Origin: Propionicimonas sp.
GTDB lineage: Bacteria > Actinomycetota > Actinomycetes > Propionibacteriales > Propionibacteriaceae
DNA: 64,000 bases
Reading direction: 5' to 3'
Assembly: GCA_049840415.1 (NCBI GenBank)
Contig: JASGLB010000009.1
Location: forward strand, 254,778-318,777
This document shows, one piece after another, positions 1 through 10,963 of the stretch; the first letter of the stretch is position 1, and every line of letters begins with the position of its first letter. Both the position numbers and the translations under genes were made by a program. A model generated the notes under the pieces. That model was not told the DNA's origin and ran no database searches. It saw only the letters and a list, made by a program, of their open reading frames with translations.

Positions 1-882
1 GATGCGATCCGCGAGCGGAGCGTCCTTCTCGGGCTCAGCTATCGGCTGCTCGGCTCCCTCGCTGACGCGGAAGACGCTGTGCAGGAGACCTATATCCGTT
101 GGTACCGCCTCTCCGAGCAGGAACGCCGAGACATCGCCCATCCCCGCGCGTGGCTCATCAAGACCGCCAGCCGCATAGGCCTCGACATGCTGAACACGGC
201 GCGCGCCCGTCGGGAGAACTACGTGGGCGAATAGCTGCCCGAGCCCATCCCCGCTCCGCACAGATGGAGCAGCCAGGAAACGACCACCGTCCTCGACCCC
301 GCAGACCGAGTCTCCCTTGACGACCAGGTGTCGATGGCCCTGCTTGTAGTGCTGGAGTCCATGACACCCGCCGAGCGCGTGGCCTTCATCCTCCACGACG
401 TGTTCCGTTACACCTTCCCCGAGATAGCCGAGATCGTTGGCCGCACGCCCGCCGCGTGCCGCCAGCTCGCCTCGTCCGCCCGCCGCCGTGTCCGCGAAGA
501 ACAGCGAACCGCAGTACCACCCGCCGAACACGCAGCCGCCGTGCATTCGTTCAAGGTCGCCTGGCAGACCGGCGACCTCGCCGCGCTCATCGACACGCTC
601 GACCCGGATGCCACCGCGATCACCGACGGCGGCGGACTCGTCTCCGCTTCTCTCGAACCGCTCTCCGGCCCCGAAGCCATCGCACGGTTCCTCCTGGGCG
701 TTCTCGACCGGCAACCCGACCTCAGCATCCATGAAGAACTCGTCAACGGCGAACGTGGACTCGTCGCCACCGACAGCCACGACCACACGCTCGCCGTCAT
801 CACGCTGGCGACCAGCGACTCGGGCAAGATCAAGCACGTCTGGGCAGTCCGCAACCCGGAGAAGCTCGAAGTCTGGGGATAG
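1..882 (+). pseudogene. sigJ: ECF41/SigJ-family sigma factor with C-terminal SnoaL-like domain, in-frame TAG at 232-234; 5' end outside window
   Basis: Frame 1 reads LSYRLLGSLADAEDAVQETYIRW...RARRENYVGE*LPEP and continues in frame into ORF 328-882 (ERVAFILHDVF, DGGG, VRNPEKL). The stop replaces the Trp of the conserved YVGxWLPEP motif. Confidence 0.85.
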
Positions 883-925
883 CGGATGCGTCACCACCTG
901 CGGGAGCCAATCGGCGAGACCAGCG

Positions 926-1300
926 CTAGAGTCGACGGGTTCGACCGACCTCGCGCAGCTGCTGACGTTCCGTCCGCGACGTGCGCTGCTGAGCGACCCG
1001 TCTGGCGCGGGCGAGTGCGCTCTGCGCTACCCGGTATTCGGCTGCTTGGTCTGCGGTCGCAACGGCCTTGGCATCGCCCAGCGGTGCCGGGCCGGAGCTT
1101 CTGAGTGGCTTGGTCGCGCATGTCGGCCAGCTGCGCGGCGGGGTCGGCCTGGTCTTCGCCGGGCGTGCGCCTCGGTGCAAGTGCTGTGAGCGCGACGGCT
1201 GCGAGATGGCCAGCTGCCTCGTGGCGCGCGAGTGCGCTCTCCAAGTGCTCGTAGTAGGTCGATGCGGCGTTCGATGAGCGCCGCGCTTCCCGCTCCGAGG
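926..1300 (-). pseudogene. Possible frameshifted C-terminal remnant of a MobF-type relaxase
   Basis: Fragments in different frames (ALIERRIDLL; APLGDAKAVATADQAAEYRVAQSALARARR) resemble the tails of actinobacterial relaxases. The fragment lies in island context. Confidence 0.3.
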
Positions 1301-1303
1301 AAC

Positions 1304-1792
1304 TGGGCTGAACTGACCGCGAACCGCAAGCGGCTGGCGAGCGAGAGCGACAAGCTACTCGCCGCGCACTTCGCCGACGCGATCGACCTGGAAACCCTCA
1401 AGCGGCACCGAGACCGCATCCGCACCGGACTCGCGGACATCGACCGCAAGCTCGCCACCGAACACGACTACCACGAGGGATCACGCAAGCAACTCAGCAC
1501 CGCGCTCAGCCTGCTCGTCGACTGCGCCAGGCTCTACGCTCGCACCAACGACCAAGGCAAGCGTCTCGCCAACCAGACCTTCACCGACGGCATCGACATC
1601 AGCGAAAACGAAAAGGCGACGATCCGCCTCGCCGAGCCGTTCGCCGCCCTCATGCCCACACCTGCCGATGTCAGCGGTTCTAGTACGTCTGAAATTGTGG
1701 AGCTAACGGGATTCGAACCCGTGGCCTCTTCCATGCCATGGAAGCGCGCTACCAACTGCGCCATAGCCCCGCGTCTTAGCGACGGGTTCTGA
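1304..1792 (+). pseudogene. C-terminal remnant of a large serine recombinase, reading into the tRNA
   Basis: Coiled-coil segment ELTANRKRLASESDKLLAAHFADAIDLETLK..., then KRLANQTF and LAEPFAAL. The ORF runs antisense into the tRNA 3' end. No catalytic N-terminal domain is present. Confidence 0.7.
1698..1770 (-). tRNA. tRNA-Ala(GGC)
   Basis: Reverse complement GGGGCTATGGCGCAGTTGGTAGCGCG-CTTCC-ATGGCAT-GGAAG-AGGCCACGGGTTCGAATCCCGTTAGCTCCA; TACAAT -10 upstream at 1792-1797. Confidence 0.97.
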
Positions 1793-1899
1793 TTGTAGTC
1801 ATCCGTGGCGTCGGAGGGAAATCGGCGTCCAGCCAGGCGCTGGCCACTCCCCAACCCATGGTTGACTGGGGCCTGCCGCAAGCCCGACGAAGGAGAATC

Positions 1900-3177
1900 G
1901 TGCCGCACCCCACCCCCCGCGCCCGCCTGGTCGGCATCGCCCTGACCGCAGCCGCAGCGCTGCTGACCAGCCTCGCCGTCGCCCCATCCGCCGCCGCCGG
2001 GACCGTGGGTGAGGACGGGAAGCCGATCAAGAACGCCAAGGGCGTGGTGTTCGGCGTGATGGCGCACCGCGGCGGCGGCCTGGAACGTCCGGAGAACTCG
2101 GTCGAGGCGTACCAGTACAGCGTCGACCAGGGGTTCGACGCGATCGAGACCGACCTGTTGTTCACCTCGGACGGTCACGGCGTGATGTCGCACAACGACA
2201 GCCTGCCCGCCCGGTGCAGCCACCAGGGCGAGAAGATCCACCTGATGACCCTGGCCCAGGTCCGCGAGGTCCGGTGCGAGGATCCGATCAGCAAGCAGCA
2301 GACGGTGCCGATCCCGACCTTCGAGGAGTTCGCCGCCATCGTGCGGCCGGCCAAGGTGCTGATCACCCTGGACGTGAAGACCTACGCCGGGCAGCCCGCC
2401 TCGGGCGAACGCCGCTACGCCCAGTGGGCGATCGAACTGCTGCGCAAGCACAAGCTGCTGGAGCGCACCACGATCCTCAGCTTCCGGTGGGCGACCACGC
2501 TGCCGACCATCCGCAAGCTGGCACCGAAGATCCCGGTGATCGGCCTGGACAACAAGCCGATGAGCTACAGCCGCGCTCGGCTGGCCGCCAAGCTGGGCGC
2601 CAACGGCTACGGCATCAAGGCGGCCAACACCCCGGTCAACCTGATGAAGTACCTCCGCTCGCTGGGCGTGGAACCGGTTCCCTGGGAGGTGCTGGGCCCC
2701 GAACTGCTGGCGTACTCCATTCACTTCGGTGGCAAGGTGCGGTACCTCAGCACCGACACCCCCGCCGCCACCCGCGCCGACCTGATCTCCGGGGCGATCG
2801 ACCTCAACCCCAGGCCGCGCACCGTCCGGACCACGCTGCCCAAGGCGGCGACCGTCGCCAAGAAGATCAGCTACCAGACCAAGAAGCGCAAGTATCCGAA
2901 GGTGCTGGGCGTGGCCGTGCCGGCCGACCAGCTGGCCATGCTGGAGACGGTCACCCTGTCGGTGAAGGTCACCAAGGGTCCGGGGAAGGGCTACCTCTAC
3001 GCCGGCGCCGCCGGCTCACCGCTGAAGTCCAGCGTCAAGGTGAAGCTGCCCAAGGGCACCCGGACGGTGAAGCTGAAGGTGCCGGTCGGCGACGGCGGCA
3101 AGGTGCGGCTCTACACCTCGCGCAAGGCCACCCTGACCGTGAAGGTGACCGAGTACACCCACCTCCGGTTCAACTGA
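1900..3177 (+). CDS. Secreted glycerophosphodiester phosphodiesterase with Lys-rich C-terminal beta domain
   Basis: AHRGG, PENS and IETDL...SHND GDPD motifs; signal peptide; AGGAGA RBS before GTG at 1900. Confidence 0.85.
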   Translation: MPHPTPRARLVGIALTAAAALLTSLAVAPSAAAGTVGEDGKPIKNAKGVVFGVMAHRGGGLERPENSVEAYQYSVDQGFDAIETDLLFTSDGHGVMSHNDSLPARCSHQGEKIHLMTLAQVREVRCEDPISKQQTVPIPTFEEFAAIVRPAKVLITLDVKTYAGQPASGERRYAQWAIELLRKHKLLERTTILSFRWATTLPTIRKLAPKIPVIGLDNKPMSYSRARLAAKLGANGYGIKAANTPVNLMKYLRSLGVEPVPWEVLGPELLAYSIHFGGKVRYLSTDTPAATRADLISGAIDLNPRPRTVRTTLPKAATVAKKISYQTKKRKYPKVLGVAVPADQLAMLETVTLSVKVTKGPGKGYLYAGAAGSPLKSSVKVKLPKGTRTVKLKVPVGDGGKVRLYTSRKATLTVKVTEYTHLRFN

Positions 3178-3790
3178 GCGCCGCGGCCACCCGGTTGAAG
3201 GCGCGGAGCCGCCAGTACGCCTCCCCCGGTTCCAGTTCGCTCCAGCCGCAGTTCGGCATGCCGGCGAACAACCGGGCGTGGGAGTAGTCCAGCCCCATCA
3301 GCAGCAGCGCTGCGATCCGCAGCGAGAGCCCGTGCCCGATGACCAGCAGCACGTCCTCGGTGGACGCCGCCGCAGCGTGCTCCCGCAGCGCCCGGGCGAC
3401 CCGCTCGCCCGACTCGGTGGCGGTCTCCCCCTCCGGTGAGCGGCGGAAGTCACGTCCTTCGCGCAGCGCCGGCCAGAAGTCGGGCACCTGGCGTCCGACC
3501 GTCTCCATGTCGAGGCCGGCCCAGGAGCCGACGTCGACCTCGCGCAGCCGGGGGTCGAGTTCGATCTCCAGCCCCAGCGCAGCCGCCACCGGACGGGCGG
3601 TCTCCCGGGCCCGGGAGAGATCGGAGCTGATCACCCGGGTCGCACCGCAGCCGGCCAGCACCCCCGCCGTCCGTTCCGCCAGGGCGACGCCGTCGGCGTT
3701 CAACGGGACGTCGGCCTGACCCTGGAAGCGTCCGTCGGTGTTCCAGTCGGTGGTGCCGTGCCGCAGCAGCAGGACGCGGCCAGCCGTCAT
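3170..3790 (-). CDS. Histidine phosphatase (phosphoglycerate mutase family)
   Basis: LLRHGTTDWN...FQG, SSDLSRA, GHG motifs; usual position after rsfS. Confidence 0.9.
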   Translation of the reverse strand: MTAGRVLLLRHGTTDWNTDGRFQGQADVPLNADGVALAERTAGVLAGCGATRVISSDLSRARETARPVAAALGLEIELDPRLREVDVGSWAGLDMETVGRQVPDFWPALREGRDFRRSPEGETATESGERVARALREHAAAASTEDVLLVIGHGLSLRIAALLLMGLDYSHARLFAGMPNCGWSELEPGEAYWRLRAFNRVAAALS

Positions 3791-4158
3791 GCCTGGGCGT
3801 CCGGCAGGTCCAGGTCGATCGCCGGGCAGTCCTTCCACAGCCGCTCCAGGGCGTAGAGCGCCCGCTCCTCGGCGTGCTGGACGTGCACCACGGTGTCGAG
3901 GTAGTCCATCAACACCCAGCGGTTCTCCCGGTCACCCTCGCGCCGGACGGTCTTCAGACCGTGCTTGAGCAACTCCTCCTCGATGCCGTCCACCACGGCG
4001 CCGACCTGGCGCTCGTTGGTGGCGGTCACGATCAGGAAGATGTCGGTGATCGCCAGCCGATCGGAGACATCGAATGCGACCGGATCCAACGCCTTCTTCT
4101 CCAAGGCGGCCGTCGCGGCCAGCCGGGCGATGTCGATGGCGTGATCGGTTGCCGTCAT
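3787..4158 (-). CDS. rsfS: Ribosome silencing factor RsfS
   Basis: [14 protein letters not shown] and YALERLWKD motifs; follows nadD. Confidence 0.95.
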   Translation of the reverse strand: MTATDHAIDIARLAATAALEKKALDPVAFDVSDRLAITDIFLIVTATNERQVGAVVDGIEEELLKHGLKTVRREGDRENRWVLMDYLDTVVHVQHAEERALYALERLWKDCPAIDLDLPDAQA

Positions 4159-4802
4159 GAAACTCCTTGGTCGAGGTAGAGGCCGCGTTTGGCGATGTAC
4201 TGCACGATACCGTCCGGCACCAGGTACCACAGCGGCAGCCCGGCGGCGACCCGCTCCCGGCAGGCGGTGGACGAGATCGCCAGCGCCGGGATCTCCAGCA
4301 GGCTCACCTTGTCGCTGGGCAGATGGCGGATGTCGCTCTCCCCCAGCGGGACGCCGGGACGCGACACCCCGACGAAGTGCGCCAGGTCGAACAGCTGGTC
4401 GGCGCCCCGCCAGGTGAGGATCTGGCTGAGCGCGTCCGCGCCGGTGATGAAGTAGAGATCCCAGTCCGAACCGCGCTGCTCGCGGATGTCGCGCAGGGTG
4501 TCGACGGTGTAGGTGGGGCCGGAGCGCGCGATGTCCACCCGGCTGACCGAGAACCGCGGGTTCGAGGCGGTCGCGATGGTGGTCATCAGGTAGCGGTCCT
4601 CCGGCTGGGAGACCTTGCGTCCGGCCTTCTGCCAGGGCTCGCCGGTGGGGACGAACACCACCTCGTCGAGCTGGAACCGGGCCTGCACCTCGCTGGCGGC
4701 CACCAGGTGGCCATGGTGGATCGGGTCGAAGGTGCCACCCATCACGCCCAGTCGCAGCCGCCGGGTGCCATGCTCCGGCAGCGCGAGTGGGGTCTCAGTC
4801 AT
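4155..4802 (-). CDS. nadD: Nicotinate-nucleotide adenylyltransferase
   Basis: [18 protein letters not shown] and ISST motifs. Confidence 0.97.
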   Translation of the reverse strand: MTETPLALPEHGTRRLRLGVMGGTFDPIHHGHLVAASEVQARFQLDEVVFVPTGEPWQKAGRKVSQPEDRYLMTTIATASNPRFSVSRVDIARSGPTYTVDTLRDIREQRGSDWDLYFITGADALSQILTWRGADQLFDLAHFVGVSRPGVPLGESDIRHLPSDKVSLLEIPALAISSTACRERVAAGLPLWYLVPDGIVQYIAKRGLYLDQGVS

Positions 4803-4917
4803 CCGACTTGCTGTGCGGCCGGAAGTGGCCGACCTGCCGGACGAAGCCCAGCCCCGCTGCCAGCACCAGGAAGAAGATCACCCCAACGATCACGGGCGTG
4901 GTCACGTCGATCTGCAT
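4795..4917 (-). CDS. Small 40-aa single-TM protein [40 protein letters not shown] (not in ORF track)
   Basis: Leaderless TATCAT-N7-ATG start; hydrophobic stretch; 3' end overlaps the nadD start codon (GATGACTGA). Confidence 0.7.
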   Translation of the reverse strand: MQIDVTTPVIVGVIFFLVLAAGLGFVRQVGHFRPHSKSDD

Positions 4918-4973
4918 GCGCGCGATGATACGGGACGCCGGCGACGCACCGCGACCGGCTCGCCACGGCGTGA

Positions 4974-6239
4974 TCAGGCGCGGATCTGACCGTCCCCCTC
5001 CACCACGTACTTGGTCGAGGTCATCTCGGCCAGGCCCATCGGGCCGCGGGCGTGCAGCTTCTGGGTGGAGATGCCGATCTCGGCGCCGAAGCCGAACTCG
5101 CCGCCGTCCACGAACCGGCTGGACGCGTTCACCAGGACGGCCGCGGCGTCCACCTCGGCGGTGAACCGCTCGGCGGCCCGGCGATCCTCGGTGACGATGG
5201 TCTCCGAATGCCCGGTGGTGTGCTGCCGGATGTGCTCGATCGCCTCGTCCAGCGAGCCGACCACCTTGGCGGCCAGGTCGAGCGAGAGGTACTCGCCGTC
5301 GAACTCGTCCGGCCCGGCCGGCACCACGTCGGGGTCGTAGCCGGCCACCTCCGGGGTGCCGTGGACGGTCACCCCGGCCGCCCTCATCGCGGCCAGCGCC
5401 TTCGGCAGGAAGGTGTCGGCGATCGCGGCGTGCACCAGCAGGGTCTCCGCCGCATTGCAGACCGAAGGCCGCTGGGTCTTGGCATTGCGCAGGATGTCGA
5501 TCGCCATCTCGGCGTCGCCGGTGGCGTCGACGAAGAGGTGGCAGTTGCCCGTCCCGGTCTCGATCACCGGCACCTTGGAGCCGTTCACCACCGCGTTGAT
5601 CAGCCCGGCGCCACCGCGCGGGATCAGCACGTCCAGGTAGCCGCGGGCGGCCATCATCTGCTCGGTGATCTCCCGTCCGCCCTCGACCAGCTGGACGGCG
5701 TCGACCGGCAGCCCGGCGGCCGCCAGGCCGGTATGCAGCGCCGCGGTGACCGCCAGGTTCGAGTTCAGCGTCGAGGAGGAGCCGCGCAGCAGCGCGGCAT
5801 TGCCCGACTTCAGGCAGATGCCGGCGGCGTCGGCGGTGACATTCGGCCGGGCCTCGTAGATGATGCCCACCACACCCAGCGGTACCCGCAATTGCCGGAC
5901 CCGGACGCCGTTGGGGTTCGTCCAGCCGCGCACCACATCGCCCACCGGGTCGGCCAGCGCGGCCAGCGCCCGCAGTCCGTCGGCCATCGCCTCGACCCGC
6001 GCCGGGTTGAGCGCCAACCGGTCGATCATCGCCTCGGAGGTTCCCGCGGAGCGAGCGGCGGCGACGTCGAGCTCGTTGGCGGCCAGCACCTCGGCTTCGG
6101 CGGCCAGCAGGGCGTCGGCCATGGCGTGCAGCGCGGCGTCCTTGGCGGCCCGGTTCTCAGTGGCGAGCACCCGGGCGGCGTCCTTGGCCCGGGCGGCCTG
6201 CTCGAAGAAGACCTGGGTGGCGGCGGCGAGGTCGGTCAC
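4974..6239 (-). CDS. proA: Gamma-glutamyl phosphate reductase
   Basis: [35 protein letters not shown]; GTG start preceded by TATCCT-N7. Confidence 0.96.
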   Translation of the reverse strand: MTDLAAATQVFFEQAARAKDAARVLATENRAAKDAALHAMADALLAAEAEVLAANELDVAAARSAGTSEAMIDRLALNPARVEAMADGLRALAALADPVGDVVRGWTNPNGVRVRQLRVPLGVVGIIYEARPNVTADAAGICLKSGNAALLRGSSSTLNSNLAVTAALHTGLAAAGLPVDAVQLVEGGREITEQMMAARGYLDVLIPRGGAGLINAVVNGSKVPVIETGTGNCHLFVDATGDAEMAIDILRNAKTQRPSVCNAAETLLVHAAIADTFLPKALAAMRAAGVTVHGTPEVAGYDPDVVPAGPDEFDGEYLSLDLAAKVVGSLDEAIEHIRQHTTGHSETIVTEDRRAAERFTAEVDAAAVLVNASSRFVDGGEFGFGAEIGISTQKLHARGPMGLAEMTSTKYVVEGDGQIRA

Positions 6240-6892
6240 GTCTGGCAGGATACCTGCGCGGCTTCGTCCGGGACGAGGCCGCCCACCTGGGGCCGGACGA
6301 ACAGCGGCCGCAGGCCGGCGCTGCGCAACAGCCACCACACCACGTTGAACAGCGCGATCACCCCGGTGCTGATCGAGGCGATCTGGGTTCCGGAGTCGTT
6401 CACTAGGAACCCCCAGCCCAGCCACAGCACCTGGTTGGCCAGCTGAACCAGCAGGAAGCCGGGGGCCACCCCCTGGATGGACGGCGCGCGGACCAGCTGG
6501 ACGCCCTGCCCGGCATTGGCCACCACCGCCGCCCCGGTGGCGACCAGGCCGTACCAGGTCGAGCCGAGCATTAGGTCGACGGTGATCATGCCCGCGGCCA
6601 CCACCGCCACCGGAGCGAACAGCCGGACCGGGTTCAGCCGCCGCTCCCGCAGCACCAGCAGCAGCACGGCGACGGCCGGCAGGGCGCCGAACCCGTTGGG
6701 CACGATCATGTTCAGCGCGCCGATCTGGAAGCCGTGCACCAGCCAGCCCAGGCAGATCGCCAGGCTGGCCTGCCAGGCCACGGTGGACAGCCCGGCGGTG
6801 CTCCGGGTCCGGACCAACCGGACGACCTGCGGGATGCCGAGCACGATCGCGGCCAGCGCCGCCAACCAGCCGACCACCTCGGCGAGGCTCAT
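6236..6892 (-). CDS. PQ-loop (SemiSWEET/cystinosin-like) membrane protein
   Basis: [19 protein letters not shown] plus a second degenerate repeat ([17 protein letters not shown]); about 7 hydrophobic segments; overlaps proB stop and proA start. Confidence 0.75.
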   Translation of the reverse strand: MSLAEVVGWLAALAAIVLGIPQVVRLVRTRSTAGLSTVAWQASLAICLGWLVHGFQIGALNMIVPNGFGALPAVAVLLLVLRERRLNPVRLFAPVAVVAAGMITVDLMLGSTWYGLVATGAAVVANAGQGVQLVRAPSIQGVAPGFLLVQLANQVLWLGWGFLVNDSGTQIASISTGVIALFNVVWWLLRSAGLRPLFVRPQVGGLVPDEAAQVSCQT

Positions 6893-8028
6893 CAGATCAC
6901 CGACTTCCGGCGCCGCTTGAGCACCAGGTCATCGCGATGGACCACCTCGCGGTCGAAGTGCGAGCCGAGTTCGGCGGCCAGGTCGTGGGTGCTGCGGCCG
7001 ATCATGGCGGGCAGCTCGGCGGCGTCGTAGTTCACCAGGCCGCGGGCGATCACCGCACCGTCCTCGGCGACCAGCCGGACCGGGTCGCCCGCGGAGAAGC
7101 TGCCGCGGACCGCGACGATCCCGGCCGGCAGCAACGAGGCCTTGCGTTCGGCCACCGCCCGAACCGCGCCGGCGTCCAGCACCAGCTCCCCCTGGGACTG
7201 CGAGGCGTAGGCCAGCCACATCAACCGCCGGGCCCGGCGCTTGCCGGTGGGGTGGAACAGCGTGCCGACCGGCTCGCCGGCCAGCGCCCGGGCGACGTCG
7301 ACGGCGGCCGCCAGCACCACCGGGATGCCGGACGAGGTGGCGATCCGGGCGGCCTGCAGTTTGGTCTCCATCCCGCCGGTGCCCACCTCGGCGCCCTTCC
7401 CCGAGGTGTCGACCACCAGGTCGTCGACATCGGCCACCTCGCTGATCCGCTCGGCCGCGGGGTCGGCGGGGTGCGCGGTGTACAGGGCGTCCACGTCGGA
7501 GAGCAGGACGAGCGCGTCCGCGCCCACCAGGTGGGCGACCAGCGCCGCCAGCCGGTCGTTGTCGCCGAACCGGATCTCGTGGGTGGCGACGGTGTCGTTC
7601 TCGTTCACGATCGGCACCACGCCGAGTTCCAGCAGCCGGGTGAAGGTGCGCAGCGCGTTGCGGTAGTGGTCGCGGCGGGCGACGTCCTCGACGGTGAGCA
7701 GCACCTGGCCCACGGTCAGTCCGTGCCGGGCGAACAGCGTCCCGTAGTGGCCGACCAGCAGGCTCTGGCCCACCGCGGCGGCGGCCTGCTTGCTGGCCAG
7801 GTCACGCGGCCGGTGCTTCAGCCGCAGCGGCCGCATCCCGGAGGCCATCGCGCCGGAGGAGACCAGGACGACGTCCGTCCCCCGGCCGCGGAGCGCGACC
7901 AGCGCGTCCACCAGCGCCTCCAGCCGGACCGGGTCCAGCGCACCGCTGCGGTCGGTCAGCGAGGAGGATCCGACCTTGACCACCACCCGGCGCGCTCCGG
8001 TGAGTTCCGGACGCAGCCCTTCACTCAT
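6892..8028 (-). CDS. proB: Glutamate 5-kinase
   Basis: [15 protein letters not shown]...FGDND, GTGGM motifs; C-terminal PUA domain. Confidence 0.97.
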   Translation of the reverse strand: MSEGLRPELTGARRVVVKVGSSSLTDRSGALDPVRLEALVDALVALRGRGTDVVLVSSGAMASGMRPLRLKHRPRDLASKQAAAAVGQSLLVGHYGTLFARHGLTVGQVLLTVEDVARRDHYRNALRTFTRLLELGVVPIVNENDTVATHEIRFGDNDRLAALVAHLVGADALVLLSDVDALYTAHPADPAAERISEVADVDDLVVDTSGKGAEVGTGGMETKLQAARIATSSGIPVVLAAAVDVARALAGEPVGTLFHPTGKRRARRLMWLAYASQSQGELVLDAGAVRAVAERKASLLPAGIVAVRGSFSAGDPVRLVAEDGAVIARGLVNYDAAELPAMIGRSTHDLAAELGSHFDREVVHRDDLVLKRRRKSVI

Positions 8029-9508
8029 CGTCGTCGTCCTCGAACCCCTCGGTGGCCAGTCGGGTCAGTTTCTCCGCCTCGCGCTCGGCGTGGTAGACGG
8101 CGTCCCGCTCGCGGCGGCGGGCGACCGCCGGCCGGGGCGCAGTCAGCCGCTGATCCTCGCCGCGGCGGGCCAGGATCTCGGCGCCGATCTCGATCTGCGG
8201 GGCGAAGTCGAACACCACCGGGTTGTCCGCCCCGATCGCCACCGCATCGCCGGCCACCGCGCCCAGGGCGAGCAGCTCCTCCTCGATGCCGAGCCGGGCG
8301 AACCGGTCGGCCAGGTAGCCGACCGCCTCGGGGTTGTTGAAGTCGGTCTGCCGCACCCAGCGTTCCGGCTTGGTGCCGCGCACCCGCCAGACGAAGCCGC
8401 CCTCCCCGTCGCCCTGTTTGGCGATGGTGAACTCCGGACCGCCCGCCACCGGGGCCGGCCGCAGCACGATCGGGGCCGGCTTGGGCGGCGGCGCGGCGGC
8501 GCGGCGGGCGGCCACCAACTCGGCCAGCGCGTAGGTGAGCGCGTTCAGGCCGTCGCCGGTCTTGGCCGAGACCTGGTAGACGTCCAGGCCGCGGGCGATC
8601 AGGTCGGGGGTGACCAGTTCGGCCAGGTCGGCGGCGTCCGGCACGTCGATCTTGTTCAGCGCCACCAGCCGGGGACGATCCTCCAGCCCGCCGTGGGCGG
8701 TCAGCTCGGCCTCGATCACGTCCAGGTCGGAGACCGGATCGCGGCCCGGTTCGTAGGTGGCGCAGTCGATCACGTGGACGATCGCCCAGCAGCGCTCGAT
8801 GTGCCGCAGGAAGTCGTGGCCCAGGCCGCGGCCCAGGCTGGCGCCCTCGATCAGGCCGGGGACGTCGGCGACGGTGTAGGTGGTCTCGCCGCGCACCACC
8901 ACCCCCAGGTTCGGCACCAGGGTGGTGAACGGGTAGTCGGCGATCTTCGGCCGGGCGCGGGAGATCGCGGCGATCAGCGAGGACTTGCCGGCGCTGGGGA
9001 AGCCGACCAGGCCGACGTCCGCCACGACCTTGAGTTCCAGGACGATGGTGCGCGACTCGCCCTCCTCGCCCAGCAGGGCGAAGCCGGGGGCCTTCCGGGC
9101 GGCCGAGGCCAGCGCGGCATTGCCCAGCCCGCCCCGTCCCCCGGCGGCGACCACCACCTCCGACCCCGCGCCGAGCAGGTCGGCCAGCACCTCGCCGGTG
9201 TCGGCGTCGCTCACCACGGTGCCGTCCGGCACCGTCAGGACGACGTTCTCGCCGTCCGCGCCATTGTTGAAGTCGCCCTTGCCGGGCTGGCCGTTGGGTG
9301 CCTTGCGCTGCGACTGGCGGTGGTACTCCACCAGCGTGGTGAGGCTGGGGTCGACCCGCAGGATCACCGAGCCGCCGTCGCCGCCGTTGCCGCCGTCGGG
9401 GCCACCGAGCGGCTTGAACTTCTCCCGGTGCACCGAGGCGCAGCCGTGGCCGCCGTTACCGGCCGCGACCCGCAGGGTCGCCCGGTCGACGAAGGAAGGG
9501 ATGGCCAT
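8021..9508 (-). CDS. obgE: GTPase ObgE/CgtA
   Basis: FVDRA...[31 protein letters not shown] motifs. Confidence 0.97.
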   Translation of the reverse strand: MAIPSFVDRATLRVAAGNGGHGCASVHREKFKPLGGPDGGNGGDGGSVILRVDPSLTTLVEYHRQSQRKAPNGQPGKGDFNNGADGENVVLTVPDGTVVSDADTGEVLADLLGAGSEVVVAAGGRGGLGNAALASAARKAPGFALLGEEGESRTIVLELKVVADVGLVGFPSAGKSSLIAAISRARPKIADYPFTTLVPNLGVVVRGETTYTVADVPGLIEGASLGRGLGHDFLRHIERCWAIVHVIDCATYEPGRDPVSDLDVIEAELTAHGGLEDRPRLVALNKIDVPDAADLAELVTPDLIARGLDVYQVSAKTGDGLNALTYALAELVAARRAAAPPPKPAPIVLRPAPVAGGPEFTIAKQGDGEGGFVWRVRGTKPERWVRQTDFNNPEAVGYLADRFARLGIEEELLALGAVAGDAVAIGADNPVVFDFAPQIEIGAEILARRGEDQRLTAPRPAVARRRERDAVYHAEREAEKLTRLATEGFEDDDDE

Positions 9509-9593
9509 GGCGAACTCCTCAGCACCGAACCCCTCGATCCTATCCCGGGACGATCGCCCAGCCTGACGACCGGACGTCCGTGGCGGCCCGCGA

Positions 9594-10868
9594 TCAGTCC
9601 GGCCACTCCACCGCGTCCCGGCCCCAGGTGTCCGGCAGCCCGATCCGGCGCAGCGAGGGCAGGCAGGCCAGCACCGCGGTGATCGCACCGATCCCCAGCC
9701 CGAAGCCCCACAATGCCGGCACCACGCCGAACCCGGCCAGCAGCGCCGAGCCGAGCACCGGGGCGATCGGGGCGGCGACGAAGCCGGCCAGGCCCAGCAC
9801 CGAGCTGGCCCTGCCCTGCAGTTCGGAGGGCGTGATCGCCAGGGTGTAGCCGCCCAGCGCGGCGTTCAGCGCCGGGATCAGCGCCACTGCGACGGCGAGC
9901 AGGATCAGGTAGCCCAGGTAGCTGTGCAGCACCGCCATCGCGACCGTGGCGGCGGCGGAGAGGCCCAGCCCGGCGACGGTCAGCGTCCCCAGCCTGAGCC
10001 GCTGCAGCAGCCGTGGCGCCAGCAGCGCGCCGAGCACCATCACCGCGCCGGCGGCCAGGTCGAGCATCCCGATCAGCAGGGGGTCGGTGCCGGTCTGGAT
10101 CAGTTCCAGGTTGATCACCACGGTCAGGCCGCCGAAGCCGATGTTGACCGCGATGAACAGCCCCAGCGCCATCCGGAAGAACCGGACGCTCCAGATGAAC
10201 CGGACACCCTGCCACAGCGCCTTCAGCGGGTGCACCGCGCGGGCCGCCACCAGGTCGCCGTTCAGCGGTTCCCGGACCAGCCCGGTGGCGGCGGTCATCG
10301 CGAGGTGGCCGAGCGCGCTGCTCAGCAGCGGCCAGACGTGCCCCACGCCGTAGAGGAAGCCGCCCAGTGGGCCCGATACCAGGGACGCCAGCGCGTGACG
10401 TCCCTGCACCACGGCCATCGCCGTCCCCAACTGCTCGGTGGGCACCACCGCCCGGATCGCGCCGGATTCCGCCGGGTTGGCGAAGACCGCCGCTATCGAG
10501 GAGCCGAACAGCACGACGGCGAGCTGCCAGCCGGTCAGTTGCCCCGTCCACCACAGGGCGGCCAGGGCCAGCCAGAGCAGCCCGCCCAGGGTTGAGGCGA
10601 TCAGGATGATCCGCCGCCGGTCGAACCGGTCGGCGACCACTCCCCCGGGCAGGGTGCCGAGCAGCGCGCCGATCTCGCCGATCCCGGCGATCAACCCGGC
10701 CTGCGCCACCGAGCCGGTGACCTCGAAGGCCAGCAGCGGCACCGCGAAGGCACCCACCCCCACCCCGATCACGTGAGCGGTCTTGCCGCTCTGCAGCAGG
10801 GTGTAGGAGCGGTTGCGCCACAACGGCAGCGGCCGGACGGGCGCCGCCATCACCTCGTTCTCGGTCAT
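9594..10868 (-). CDS. MFS efflux-type transporter
   Basis: About 12 TM segments; motif [13 protein letters not shown]; [10 protein letters not shown]. Confidence 0.9.
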   Translation of the reverse strand: MTENEVMAAPVRPLPLWRNRSYTLLQSGKTAHVIGVGVGAFAVPLLAFEVTGSVAQAGLIAGIGEIGALLGTLPGGVVADRFDRRRIILIASTLGGLLWLALAALWWTGQLTGWQLAVVLFGSSIAAVFANPAESGAIRAVVPTEQLGTAMAVVQGRHALASLVSGPLGGFLYGVGHVWPLLSSALGHLAMTAATGLVREPLNGDLVAARAVHPLKALWQGVRFIWSVRFFRMALGLFIAVNIGFGGLTVVINLELIQTGTDPLLIGMLDLAAGAVMVLGALLAPRLLQRLRLGTLTVAGLGLSAAATVAMAVLHSYLGYLILLAVAVALIPALNAALGGYTLAITPSELQGRASSVLGLAGFVAAPIAPVLGSALLAGFGVVPALWGFGLGIGAITAVLACLPSLRRIGLPDTWGRDAVEWPD

Positions 10869-10933
10869 TTTCGGGCCACCCCACCCGACCCGGTCGAGGC
10901 CCGGTAGTCGACGGTCAGCTGATCCTTGGTCAT
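10865..10933 (-). CDS. Candidate leaderless 22-aa u[25 protein letters not shown] coupled to the MFS gene
   Basis: TAGGCT-N6-ATG at 10933; its TGA overlaps the MFS ATG (ATGA). Confidence 0.5.
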   Translation of the reverse strand: MTKDQLTVDYRASTGSGGVARK

Positions 10934-10963
10934 GAAACTCAGCCTAAATTACACAGCACTTCT

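Larger units (their letters stand above)
1..1697. mobile_element. Decayed right end of a genomic island integrated at the tRNA-Ala 3' end
   Basis: Recombinase remnant abuts the tRNA 3' end and neighbouring genes are pseudogenes. The partner att site is outside the window. Confidence 0.65.

Noticed and set aside
232-234. In-frame TAG as pyrrolysine or programmed readthrough
   Set aside because: It replaces a conserved Trp by a single base change, lies among other decayed genes, and no pyl genes are in the window.
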